NCBI GenBank assembly: GCA_000004985.1
Contig: GG738906.1
From: Naegleria gruberi
Taxonomy: Eukaryota
Direction: 5' to 3' (one strand)
DNA: 64,000 nucleotides
This document shows, piece by piece, positions 1 through 10,203 of this stretch; within the stretch, counting starts at the first letter, position 1; each line of letters opens with the position of its first letter. The translations under genes were made by a program, and so were the position numbers. The notes below the pieces were generated by a model. That model did no database searches and was not told the DNA's origin. It was given only the letters and a program-made list of their open reading frames with translations.

Positions 1-259
1 CAAACCCAAACCCAAACCCAAACCCAAAGCCAAACCCAAACCCAAACCCAAACCCAAACCCAAACCCAAACCCAAACCCAAACCCAAACCCAACCCAAAC
101 CCAAACCCAAACCCAAACCCAAACCCAAACCCAAACCCAAACCCAAACCCAAACCCAAACCCAAACCCAAACCCAAACCCAAACCCAAACCCAAACCCAA
201 ACCCAAACCCAAACCCAAACCCAAACCCAAACCCAAACCCAACCCAAACCCAAACCCAA
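1..259 (+). repeat. Telomeric repeat array (CCCAAA)n, about 40 units; the C-rich strand reads 5'->3' at the left end, as expected for a genuine left chromosome terminus. Two variant units (CCCAAAGCC near 27; CCCAACCCAAA near 92 and 240).
   Basis: Direct reading: perfect hexamer periodicity from position 1 to about 259. Confidence 0.95.
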
Positions 260-445
260 AACTAAACCCAAACCCCAACCCAAACCAACCAAAACTAAAC
301 CCAAAACTAAACCCAAAACTAAACCCAAAACTAAACCCAAAACTAAACCCAAAACTAAACCCAAAACTAAACCCAAAACTAAACCCAAAACTAAACCCAA
401 AACTAAAAATAGAATTCTTCTAAACCCAACCTTCAAACCCTAGCC
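260..445 (+). repeat. Telomere-associated variant array: about 10 tandem copies of the 12-mer CCCAAAACTAAA (283-408), flanked by degenerate telomere-like remnants (CCCAACC, CCCTAGCCCAAAA).
   Basis: Direct reading of 12-nt periodicity at 283-408; it grades from the pure hexamer into the variant and then unique AT-rich DNA. Confidence 0.9.
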
Positions 446-983
446 CAAAATTATAAACTTATTCAAATATCATTAAATTATATATCATTCGATTGGAAAT
501 GATGAGTAGAATAACGTGGTATATTTAGTTTTTCAATTTATAAAATATTAACTTTGTAAATAATGTCAGATAAAAAATTATAAAATGAAACCATAGGAAG
601 AATGATAGTTTCAAAATCCTTTAATGAGATTATATAGTCAATATCATCATTAACAATATTCATAATCACTTTCATATCAAATTTCAAAAGTTCAAGTCTG
701 TGGATATAAAAGTATCAAGTGAAAAGGGAAGTTGTGAGGTACAATAGGTCAACTATAACTTTTGAGTTTCTCATCAAAACATATTGAATCCTGATATGAA
801 AATGTTCCATTTGATGAGTAAACATCGAATATCAAATTTATTTTAACTTTCATATTTAAAGATTTCTTCCCTCAACCATCATGGTCAACTAGGGATGAAA
901 AGGATGAAATCTTGAAAAAGGACCACTATTGAAACTTTACCATAATGAAGTACATGATCTATAATGATATAGAATTCAATTTC

Positions 984-2605
984 NNNNNNNNNNNNNNNNN
1001 NNNNNNNNNNNNNNNNNNNNNNNNNNNNNNNNNNNNNNNNNNNNNNNNNNNNNNNNNNNNNNNNNNNNNNNNNNNNNNNNNNNNNNNNNNNNNNNNNNNN
1101 NNNNNNNNNNNNNNNNNNNNNNNNNNNNNNNNNNNNNNNNNNNNNNNNNNNNNNNNNNNNNNNNNNNNNNNNNNNNNNNNNNNNNNNNNNNNNNNNNNNN
1201 NNNNNNNNNNNNNNNNNNNNNNNNNNNNNNNNNNNNNNNNNNNNNNNNNNNNNNNNNNNNNNNNNNNNNNNNNNNNNNNNNNNNNNNNNNNNNNNNNNNN
1301 NNNNNNNNNNNNNNNNNNNNNNNNNNNNNNNNNNNNNNNNNNNNNNNNNNNNNNNNNNNNNNNNNNNNNNNNNNNNNNNNNNNNNNNNNNNNNNNNNNNN
1401 NNNNNNNNNNNNNNNNNNNNNNNNNNNNNNNNNNNNNNNNNNNNNNNNNNNNNNNNNNNNNNNNNNNNNNNNNNNNNNNNNNNNNNNNNNNNNNNNNNNN
1501 NNNNNNNNNNNNNNNNNNNNNNNNNNNNNNNNNNNNNNNNNNNNNNNNNNNNNNNNNNNNNNNNNNNNNNNNNNNNNNNNNNNNNNNNNNNNNNNNNNNN
1601 NNNNNNNNNNNNNNNNNNNNNNNNNNNNNNNNNNNNNNNNNNNNNNNNNNNNNNNNNNNNNNNNNNNNNNNNNNNNNNNNNNNNNNNNNNNNNNNNNNNN
1701 NNNNNNNNNNNNNNNNNNNNNNNNNNNNNNNNNNNNNNNNNNNNNNNNNNNNNNNNNNNNNNNNNNNNNNNNNNNNNNNNNNNNNNNNNNNNNNNNNNNN
1801 NNNNNNNNNNNNNNNNNNNNNNNNNNNNNNNNNNNNNNNNNNNNNNNNNNNNNNNNNNNNNNNNNNNNNNNNNNNNNNNNNNNNNNNNNNNNNNNNNNNN
1901 NNNNNNNNNNNNNNNNNNNNNNNNNNNNNNNNNNNNNNNNNNNNNNNNNNNNNNNNNNNNNNNNNNNNNNNNNNNNNNNNNNNNNNNNNNNNNNNNNNNN
2001 NNNNNNNNNNNNNNNNNNNNNNNNNNNNNNNNNNNNNNNNNNNNNNNNNNNNNNNNNNNNNNNNNNNNNNNNNNNNNNNNNNNNNNNNNNNNNNNNNNNN
2101 NNNNNNNNNNNNNNNNNNNNNNNNNNNNNNNNNNNNNNNNNNNNNNNNNNNNNNNNNNNNNNNNNNNNNNNNNNNNNNNNNNNNNNNNNNNNNNNNNNNN
2201 NNNNNNNNNNNNNNNNNNNNNNNNNNNNNNNNNNNNNNNNNNNNNNNNNNNNNNNNNNNNNNNNNNNNNNNNNNNNNNNNNNNNNNNNNNNNNNNNNNNN
2301 NNNNNNNNNNNNNNNNNNNNNNNNNNNNNNNNNNNNNNNNNNNNNNNNNNNNNNNNNNNNNNNNNNNNNNNNNNNNNNNNNNNNNNNNNNNNNNNNNNNN
2401 NNNNNNNNNNNNNNNNNNNNNNNNNNNNNNNNNNNNNNNNNNNNNNNNNNNNNNNNNNNNNNNNNNNNNNNNNNNNNNNNNNNNNNNNNNNNNNNNNNNN
2501 NNNNNNNNNNNNNNNNNNNNNNNNNNNNNNNNNNNNNNNNNNNNNNNNNNNNNNNNNNNNNNNNNNNNNNNNNNNNNNNNNNNNNNNNNNNNNNNNNNNN
2601 NNNNN
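984..2605. other. Assembly gap (N run of about 1.6 kb). A second 50-nt gap lies at 3618-3667.
   Basis: Runs of N; all ORF-track entries spanning 885-2726 are artefacts of translating N. Confidence 0.99.
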
Positions 2606-2626
2606 TGCATCCAGTAGATAGTACAT

Positions 2627-3617
2627 GGTGATACTTCAAGAGAATGGATGGAAAACTGAAAGGTACAGAAACAACTCCATTTTCACTGAAATTGATATCA
2701 TGATATGTAGACACTCTAATTAGCATATAATATCAATTTCATAAATATTGGTTCAGTAGATGTCGAGTTGTCAACTCTATCATTTTACTATAGAACTTTG
2801 ACATAAAATCAAAGATTATGCTCCAGCTCACTTATTTTATGTGCAATTAGTCTAGAACTGATAACACACATTCTATACACCATGTATATACATCTATACA
2901 AGTTTAGAAACAATTCATGATACTTTAATTCAGTCAATCAGTAAATGTTCAATGTCAAGAGTTATTATATCCAAGTGTACGCTCTATCTCAGCGAAAGTA
3001 CATCCAACCATCATGTAACTTTACCAGATACATTCAATCACACTGATATACATCTGGAATCAATTTCAATGTTTTAGAATTGAATTCAGTATGATAATAA
3101 TAACAATCTGTCAAATTGTCACATTTCAACATATAGAATATACTCCATATCATTCATTTTACAAAATGCCATACAAGTATCAAATATGAATACACTCCTC
3201 TTGATAAGGAGAACAATCTGATAAAGTTTCACATTGATGGCTCAGTATCTTCAAGTCAACTAAGGAACATATAAGGAAATTAATTAGGAAGAATCTTAAT
3301 TTCAAAATTAAATTTTACCATCATATCAAAATCATTGAATAATGAATTATTGATACAAGAATCATATGTTCAATTGTTATATTCATGTCAATAATCAGTG
3401 AAGGTACCATTTCATCAACCTTAGTGTTCACATCTCAATACAGTAAATGTGACTTAAACTTGAAATACAACCTATTTAGATGATATAATGATGATTCTAC
3501 ATAGTAACATGCATGTGAAATTGAATGTTGACACTTTTCATATTGTTATATTTATAGAGATGGTATCCAACAGTCAGTTCACAATATTAAATATTGAAAC
3601 TCATTCTGTATGGTATA
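2627..3617 (+). repeat. Subtelomeric repeat family A, copy 1 (at least 970 bp, truncated by gaps on both sides).
   Basis: 2648-3617 aligns colinearly with 4129-5095 at roughly 80-85 percent identity (e.g. gaaacaactccattttcactgaaattgatatcatgatatgtagacactctaattagcatat at 2648 versus 4129; ...cttagtgttcacatctcaata... near both ends). Confidence 0.85.
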
Positions 3618-3906
3618 NNNNNNNNNNNNNNNNNNNNNNNNNNNNNNNNNNNNNNNNNNNNNNNNNNCCGATTATTGAATATTGATTATTGAATTGGTGA
3701 ATAATCACTCTTGATAATGTTACTTATTCATATTGCATGCAAATCAACCTGATTCAATCTACAAAGGTTGGTAGTTGCACCACTTCGTGGCGAAACTATC
3801 CATCCACGATGAATCAACATATGATTCACTTCCATTCAACTCAATTTGACCGTTATAATCAATAAATCAATGAAATGTTTCTTTATTAGCAATACCTGTT
3901 CAATCT

Positions 3907-4130
3907 AACGAGTAGATTCACGTCCCAAACATTTGGCTTCTCAAAGTCCATATTTCAAAAGTTGATACTGACCTGACCTTTAAATATCTATCAATATAAG
4001 AAATGAAACCATCATATTTACATCATTAATAGATGATAAGAAATATAATCAATGATATGAATCTTCACTAAGTAATCTCTTAAATAACCCAAATAAATCA
4101 ACTCTGAATCCTAACCAAACCCCAAAACCA
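3907..4130 (+). repeat. Subtelomeric repeat family B, copy 1 (about 220 bp), ending in a telomere-like tract CTAACCAAACCCCAAAACC.
   Basis: Aligns with 8107-8320 at about 85 percent identity (aacgagtagattc.cgtcc.aaa.atttg.cttctcaaagtccatatttcaaaagttgatac.gacctgacctttaaatatctatcaa.ataagaaat.aaacc...). Confidence 0.85.
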
Positions 4131-5095
4131 GAAACAACTCCAATTTCACTGAAATTGATATCATGATATGTAGACACTCTAATTAGCATATGGTATCAAT
4201 TTCATGAATATTGGTGCAGTAGATATCGACATGTCAACTCTATCAATTTATTGACATGATATCATAGATTATACTCCAACTCATTCATTTTACATATAAT
4301 CAGCCTAGAGTTGATACCACATAGTCTGTACATCTATTAAATACATCTAGTGTAGTTTGGAAACAGTTCAAACTACTTTTATAAAATTAATCAGTAAATG
4401 TTCAATGTCAACAGTATATATATCCTAGTGAACACTCTATCTCAATGAAAGTACATTCAATCATCCTGTAACTTTACCAGATATGTTAAATTACACTATT
4501 ACACATCTGGTATCAATTTCATAGTGTTAGAATTGAATTCAATATGATAATAATAAAAATTTTTCAAAAAGTCAACTTTCAGTACAAAGATTACACTCCA
4601 TCTCAGTCAATTTACAAAATATCATACAAGTACCAAATATTAATACACTTCCCTTAATAAAGAGAACAATCTGAGAAAGTTGCATATTCATGGCTCAATA
4701 TCTTCAAGTCAACTAAGGAACGTATAAGGTAATCAATAGGGAAGAATCTTATTTTCAAAATTAAATTTTACTATGATACTATATTCACTGAATAATGAAA
4801 TACTTATACAAGAATCACATGTTCAATTGTTATATTCATGTCAGTAATCAGTGAAGGTGACACTTCTTCAACCTTAGTGTACACATCTCAATATGCATAC
4901 TGTCAATTCCACTGAAACTTGAAATATTACCTATCTAGATGATATAATGATGACTCTCCATAGTAACATGTATGTGAAAACAAATATTGACACTTTTCTT
5001 CTTGTTATACTTATAGAGATGGTATCCAACAGAGTCAGATCACAATGTCAAATATTAAAACTAGTTCTATATGATATATATGATGTATAGAAGTG
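4127..5095 (+). repeat. Subtelomeric repeat family A, copy 2, immediately abutting repeat B copy 1.
   Basis: See copy 1; colinear similarity from 4129 to about 5095. Confidence 0.85.
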
Positions 5096-5565
5096 TATCT
5101 GATGATGTCAATTCAGTATGATATACTTTAGTCACAATTACAGGACTTTGTCACTATAGTTTACATTCTATACCAGTCATTTCAACGAGTTATTGATCAG
5201 TTTTACAACCATTATGTTTCTCACACACTCTAGTACATTTTATATTTCAAGAGTGATTTCTGTGAAAGTTATTATCCAAATACCATATATAGTAATATCA
5301 ATAGTCGTTATATACTCAATTCAAGAGTTCTTCTTTTTTTCATATAGATTATTGAATATAGAACACGTCTAGCCTGTTTTCAGACAATAAAAGTCCAGAT
5401 CCCAAATATGGCAAAATGAATTCTTGGCGAGAGGGCAAGTTTTTCTGACAATTACTAAACTTTATTGATTATCTCAATAAATATAGAATATTACACCTTC
5501 GTGTTTTTACCACATGTAGATCAGACTATTATACATCACATTGATAAGTTATAAGATCTGAGCAT

Positions 5566-5943
5566 GTGCGGATCCCAAACCAGAGAGATAATGACAGGTA
5601 CCAAACCCACCTATTGGAAAGTGGATCATCCTTTAGTGATTTTAATAATGGAATTTTCACACCAGATGAATCAGAAGATTTGGAATTATTGGAAATTATC
5701 ATCAAATATTGTTATGGAATTTCATTCGACAATGAAAAAATTTCTGGATTGTTAGACATGGCAATGAAACATGAAATTAAATATTTAGTCGATTATTATT
5801 GTAAGATTAATTTCACGCTCTCCATTCAAAATTACTTTTCCATTGTATCAACATGTGAACAGTATTTGGTTTTCCTGTATTTGAAGGATTTTTCAAAGAA
5901 ATTATTAGATTTGGAGTTCCAACAAGAAGCAACTCTTTACTGA
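5566..5943 (+). CDS. Possible BTB/POZ-like C-terminal fragment ORF (125 aa) adjacent to subtelomeric repeats; may be a gene fragment or pseudogene.
   Basis: ORF-track translation ...LELLEIIIKYCYGISFDNEKISGLLDMAMKHEIKYLVDYYCKINF... resembles the second half of a BTB fold. No N-terminal half was found upstream, where only repeats lie. Confidence 0.2.
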   Translation: MRIPNQRDNDRYQTHLLESGSSFSDFNNGIFTPDESEDLELLEIIIKYCYGISFDNEKISGLLDMAMKHEIKYLVDYYCKINFTLSIQNYFSIVSTCEQYLVFLYLKDFSKKLLDLEFQQEATLY

Positions 5944-6529
5944 TTTGAGTGTTCTTTCTAATTTACCTGAAAAAGTTTGTAATTAAGGTTGGCTTTATGT
6001 AAAGTGGAATGAAATTACAATTTATTACGTTACAAATTTCACTTCAACACTTTTCGATCATCCACAATTTTCTGATTTTCAAATTGTTTTTACAAAATTA
6101 CAACAAAATCTTCATGTTTACAAAGTAAACTCTGAATTCTTTCAAACTCTCTTCTCCTCCAACAATTTCTCTGTGGTCAACTGATACTTGATGATTTATT
6201 TGAAGAAACTGCAGTTTACAAAATTGTAAAAAGCTTTTATACAGGTAGTTTGGAATATTCTCTAGATGATGAAGCCTTCTCACTCTTGATTTTCTCACAA
6301 ATACATGATTCAAGGTTCTCTATCTTCACATTTAAAACATGAAATTCAAATATTTCATCTGATAATTGTTTTAAACTTTTTGGACAATAACATTCTGAAG
6401 AATCATGGCTCTCCACAGTGGTGGACTTTCCTCCGAAAACATCTCTTGTTCTGCTGATAACTTTTTTGATAACTATTACCAACACGTCTATTTGCCAAAT
6501 TTTCAGTTCATGACCAAACATTGATAGAA

Positions 6530-7948
6530 ATGGAATACGAACAATTTGTAAAAAATAAATCAATCTTAATACTCACAGGTTGTCTCCAAAAATTATTTGA
6601 TGAATTTGATGATGGTGATGGTGACAAATTTGAAAAGTTTACAAAAAAAATGACATCACAACCTATCACCGCACCTCTTGATCAACTTCCCGATGAATTG
6701 TTACTTTGTATTGTTACCTTCTCCACCAACAATCCTATTGACATCATTAAATTCTCCCACATTAACAAACGAATGGAGAGAGTATTAAATTCATATCCGA
6801 ACATCTTCCCCCAATTAATTACCTATGATCCTTTGGATCCACTTGACAGAAGTACCTCAAAGCTGATGAATGGATATTTATTTGGTAAATTTTGGGAAAA
6901 TCCACTGAAAAATGGTTTTGCAGTTTTGAAGGAGTTTACTAAGAGAGTGTTTGGACCCAGATCTAAAACATTAAGTAAAAAGAGTACAACTGGGATTAGG
7001 CAACCAGAAAAGTATCTGGGAGTGATATCTGAAATGAAACAGCAGGTAGATTCAGAGCAGAAGCTTGTTGATTGTTTGAAATGGTCAAGAAGAGACCCCA
7101 TTGGTATAATTAAGGCCATTGAATCTCGGGGACGAGCTGTTGAAAGAGCTAACACCTCAAGAATAACACATTTATCGTGTATATTATTCAGTGTAATTGT
7201 ACAGTTTACAATTGGAAAGTTAGCAAGTGTTCCCTCAAATGAAAGATCACTTGAAATGGGTTTATGGTGGCTCCCATATATATTTTGGCCATTAGAAATT
7301 ATACCTATTGTAACAAGTTTGGCGTGTATTGGAGCATCATGTACCAGTGTTGTTCGTGCTTTAAGAATGTTAATTATCAATCCTCAAAAACAGTGGAATG
7401 CTAACTTATATGATGGTATTGTTGTACTTCCATTATTTTATATTGCAACCATCACTGTATTGAGACTTTCAATCATATCGATAAGGACTCTGGTTTATGG
7501 ATCAATTGGCTTGGAGCTATCCTATTTTGAATCAGTGGTGAGTATAGCACTTACTAACAGATACTCGCAATATTTTGGCCTTTCAATGCTGGGATTGGCC
7601 TCTTTTCACAATCTATCTAGTTTGACAGGTACCTATAAACTGTCTGATCCTATCACTGCTTCATTCCTTAGTCTTTCTCTATTCAAATATAGTGGGAGTT
7701 TACTGAGCTTTATTCCACTTTCTCTAATTTCATGTATCATATCTGTTAAGGAGGTTATTTCCAATATCAAATCATCAGACAAGTTGGTATACTCGATACC
7801 TATGGGATTGGGATTGAGCCTGGGCCTACTAAGTTTCGGCCATTTCTCTTACTTGACATTTGCTCCAGCAACCTCTATATTTATGACCCTGTTTATTTCA
7901 ACATTGAAAAGAGAGAAAAAGGAAGCAATTTTGCTAAAGTGTTATTAA
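6530..7948 (+). CDS. F-box-like N-terminus plus polytopic membrane C-terminal domain; hypothetical protein. First ATG at 6530; the track ORF begins at a TTG at 6521.
   Basis: LDQLPDELLLCIVTFSTNNPIDIIKFSHINKRMERVL fits the F-box consensus (LPxEIL...I...L). The C-terminal 250 aa contain multiple hydrophobic helices. GC content and codon choice (ctg, ggc, gcc, ccc) are visibly higher than in neighbouring genes. Confidence 0.6.
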   Translation: MEYEQFVKNKSILILTGCLQKLFDEFDDGDGDKFEKFTKKMTSQPITAPLDQLPDELLLCIVTFSTNNPIDIIKFSHINKRMERVLNSYPNIFPQLITYDPLDPLDRSTSKLMNGYLFGKFWENPLKNGFAVLKEFTKRVFGPRSKTLSKKSTTGIRQPEKYLGVISEMKQQVDSEQKLVDCLKWSRRDPIGIIKAIESRGRAVERANTSRITHLSCILFSVIVQFTIGKLASVPSNERSLEMGLWWLPYIFWPLEIIPIVTSLACIGASCTSVVRALRMLIINPQKQWNANLYDGIVVLPLFYIATITVLRLSIISIRTLVYGSIGLELSYFESVVSIALTNRYSQYFGLSMLGLASFHNLSSLTGTYKLSDPITASFLSLSLFKYSGSLLSFIPLSLISCIISVKEVISNIKSSDKLVYSIPMGLGLSLGLLSFGHFSYLTFAPATSIFMTLFISTLKREKKEAILLKCY

Positions 7949-8106
7949 AATTTAAATAACATGCATCACGATTACAATTATATCTGTGGCTAATCTTGTA
8001 AATAAATGGTAAAAATATTTTACTGCCCTAGTAGAGACAAGTGGACAATTTTCTTTACATTAATCCATCAGTTCCACAGAGAAATAACTCTATAATGATG
8101 ATATCA

Positions 8107-8320
8107 ACGAGTAGATTCTCGTCCGAAAAATTTGACTTCTCAAAGTCCATATTTCAAAAGTTGATACGACCTGACCTTTAAATATCTATCAAAATAAGAA
8201 ATTAAACCTTCAAATTTACATCATTAATAGATCATAAAAATGCAATCAATGATAATCAATCTTCACAAAGTAATACCTTAAATAACCCAAAAAAGTCAAC
8301 TCGAATTCCAAACCAAACCT
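8107..8320 (+). repeat. Subtelomeric repeat family B, copy 2, ending in the telomere-like CCAAACCAAACC.
   Basis: Similarity to 3907-4130. Confidence 0.85.
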
Positions 8321-8530
8321 TTTGAGGTGTTCATTTTTTTTTGACCATTCAAATATTTTCTAGCTCTCTAATTTCAATCTATAACTACTTTACTATTCAA
8401 AAAGATTCAAACATGTGCCCACCAAACAAACCAAGGAGATTCCTAAAATCAAGTCTTTTTTTAAAAATTCATTTAAATTACAGATTTATTTTTACAGAGC
8501 TCGACAGTTGACTATACAAAGTGCCATCAT

Positions 8531-9664
8531 TTAGAAACACTTTCTGTGAACGATACCTGGACCGGCATCCTCATATTCTTCCTTCGTTATCCACATCTGT
8601 TGGAAAGTTGAAAGTGAAGCGAGGATGGATCCACCAATCCAGACTGAGTACTTTCTTTCTGGTGGAGCAACAACCTTAATCTTCATTGAGGCAGGAGCCA
8701 TAGCAGTCAATTCCTTGGTCATTCTTTCAGCAATACCTTCGAACATAGTAGTACCACCAGACAAGACAACGTTACCATACAAGTCCTTTCTGATATCAAT
8801 ATCACATTTACCAATTGAATTGAAAGTAGTTTCATGAACACCAGCAGCTTCCATACCAATGAAGTTTGGTTGGAACAAAACTTCTGGACATCTGAATCTT
8901 TCATTACCAACAGTGATAACATTACCGTCTGGCAATTCGTATGACTTTTCAACTGAGGATGATTCAGCAGCAACCTTCATTTCAGCTTCAAAGTCCAAAG
9001 CAATATAACAGAGCTTTTCCTTAATATCTCTGACAATTTCTCTTTCAGCAGTTGTGTTGAATGAGTAACCTCTTTCCATCAAAATCTTCATCAAGTAATC
9101 AGTCAAGTCACGACCAGCCAAATCCAATCTCAAAATGGCATGTGGCAAGGCATAACCTTCATAAATTGGAACAGTGTGTGAAACACCATCACCAGAGTCC
9201 AAAACAATACCAGTAGTTCTACCAGAAGCATACAAGGACAAGACAGCTTGAATGGCAACATACATTGCTGGAACTGAGAAGGTTTCAAACATAATTTGAG
9301 TCATCTTTTCTCTATTGGCCTTTGGATTCAAAGGAGCTTCAGTCAACAAGACTGGATGTTCTTCTGGAGCAACTCTCAATTCATTGTAGAAAGTGTGATG
9401 CCAGATCTTTTCCATATCGTCCCAATTGGTAACAATACCATGTTCAATTGGATACTTCAAAGTCAAGATACCTCTCTTTGATTGAGCTTCATCACCAACA
9501 TAGGCATCCTTGTTACCCATACCAACCATGATGGACTTTTGCTTTGGTCTACCAATAATTGAAGGGAAGACAGCTCTAGGAGCATCATCACCAGCAAAAC
9601 CAGCTTTACACATACCAGAACCGTTGTCAACAACGAGGGCTTGAACGTCTTCACAGAAGGACAT
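8531..9664 (-). CDS. ACT: Actin (377 aa, single exon).
   Basis: Full-length translation close to conventional actins ([23 protein letters not shown]...[17 protein letters not shown]). ATG at 9664, TAA stop at 8531. Codon usage is GC-biased relative to neighbours, typical of a highly expressed gene. Confidence 0.97.
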
Positions 9665-10203
9665 CTTGAATTATTATTTGTTTTTTTTTGTGTTTGTGAA
9701 TTATGTCACAAGTGATGGTTAAATAATAGTTGTGATGACAGGTTAAATGATTTGTTCAAGTACATCATTCACCCATCAATCCTCATCACTTGACTTCAAT
9801 TTATAATATATAAACTGATAGAGCAAAGTTTCATTCTCAGAGTGGCCTCTGTAAATTTGTTAGTAAATACCTTAATTCCATTCTTGTAGGTATCTTGTAG
9901 GAATTCCAGTTAGCCCTTCAAATAATTTCTCCTCAATCAAACTCAATAAATGGAATAAACACAGCAATCAATACGCAACAACATAATGACCCATTTAGTT
10001 AATAGGCCTAGTTGAAATAGGATGGATATTATCTACAACACTGAAAATAATCTTCTACAACACAATAAATATCTGGCATGAGCTTCACACTAAGGAAAAA
10101 GTCAAAGCAATAATAATGCGAACCAAAAGACCGCCAAAAAAATATCCAACAAAAAATAGAAAACAAATAAAAAAAAGCCTCTTGAAGTAAATGCACTTGT
10201 TTG

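Noticed and set aside
1-259. Ciliate (Paramecium-like) origin suggested by the CCCAAA telomere repeat
   Set aside because: Paramecium and Tetrahymena read TAA and TAG as Gln and have 20-30-nt introns. Here TAA terminates conserved proteins (actin ...HRKCF-TAA) and introns are 39-60 nt. The lineage is left unassigned.
885-2726. Four long ORF-track entries (613, 558, 555, 544 aa) made almost entirely of X
   Set aside because: They are translations across the N assembly gap (984-2605); no coding evidence.
5944-6563. Minus-strand ORFs 6098-6313 and 6237-6563 between the BTB-like fragment and the F-box/TM gene
   Set aside because: No recognisable similarity; they overlap the 5' region of the plus-strand gene and are probably non-coding subtelomeric sequence or UTR.
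8625-9654. Plus- and minus-strand small ORFs inside the actin gene (8625-8837, 8719-8973, 9296-9481, 9463-9654)
   Set aside because: They are nested or antisense to a highly conserved CDS, short and composition-driven; spurious.
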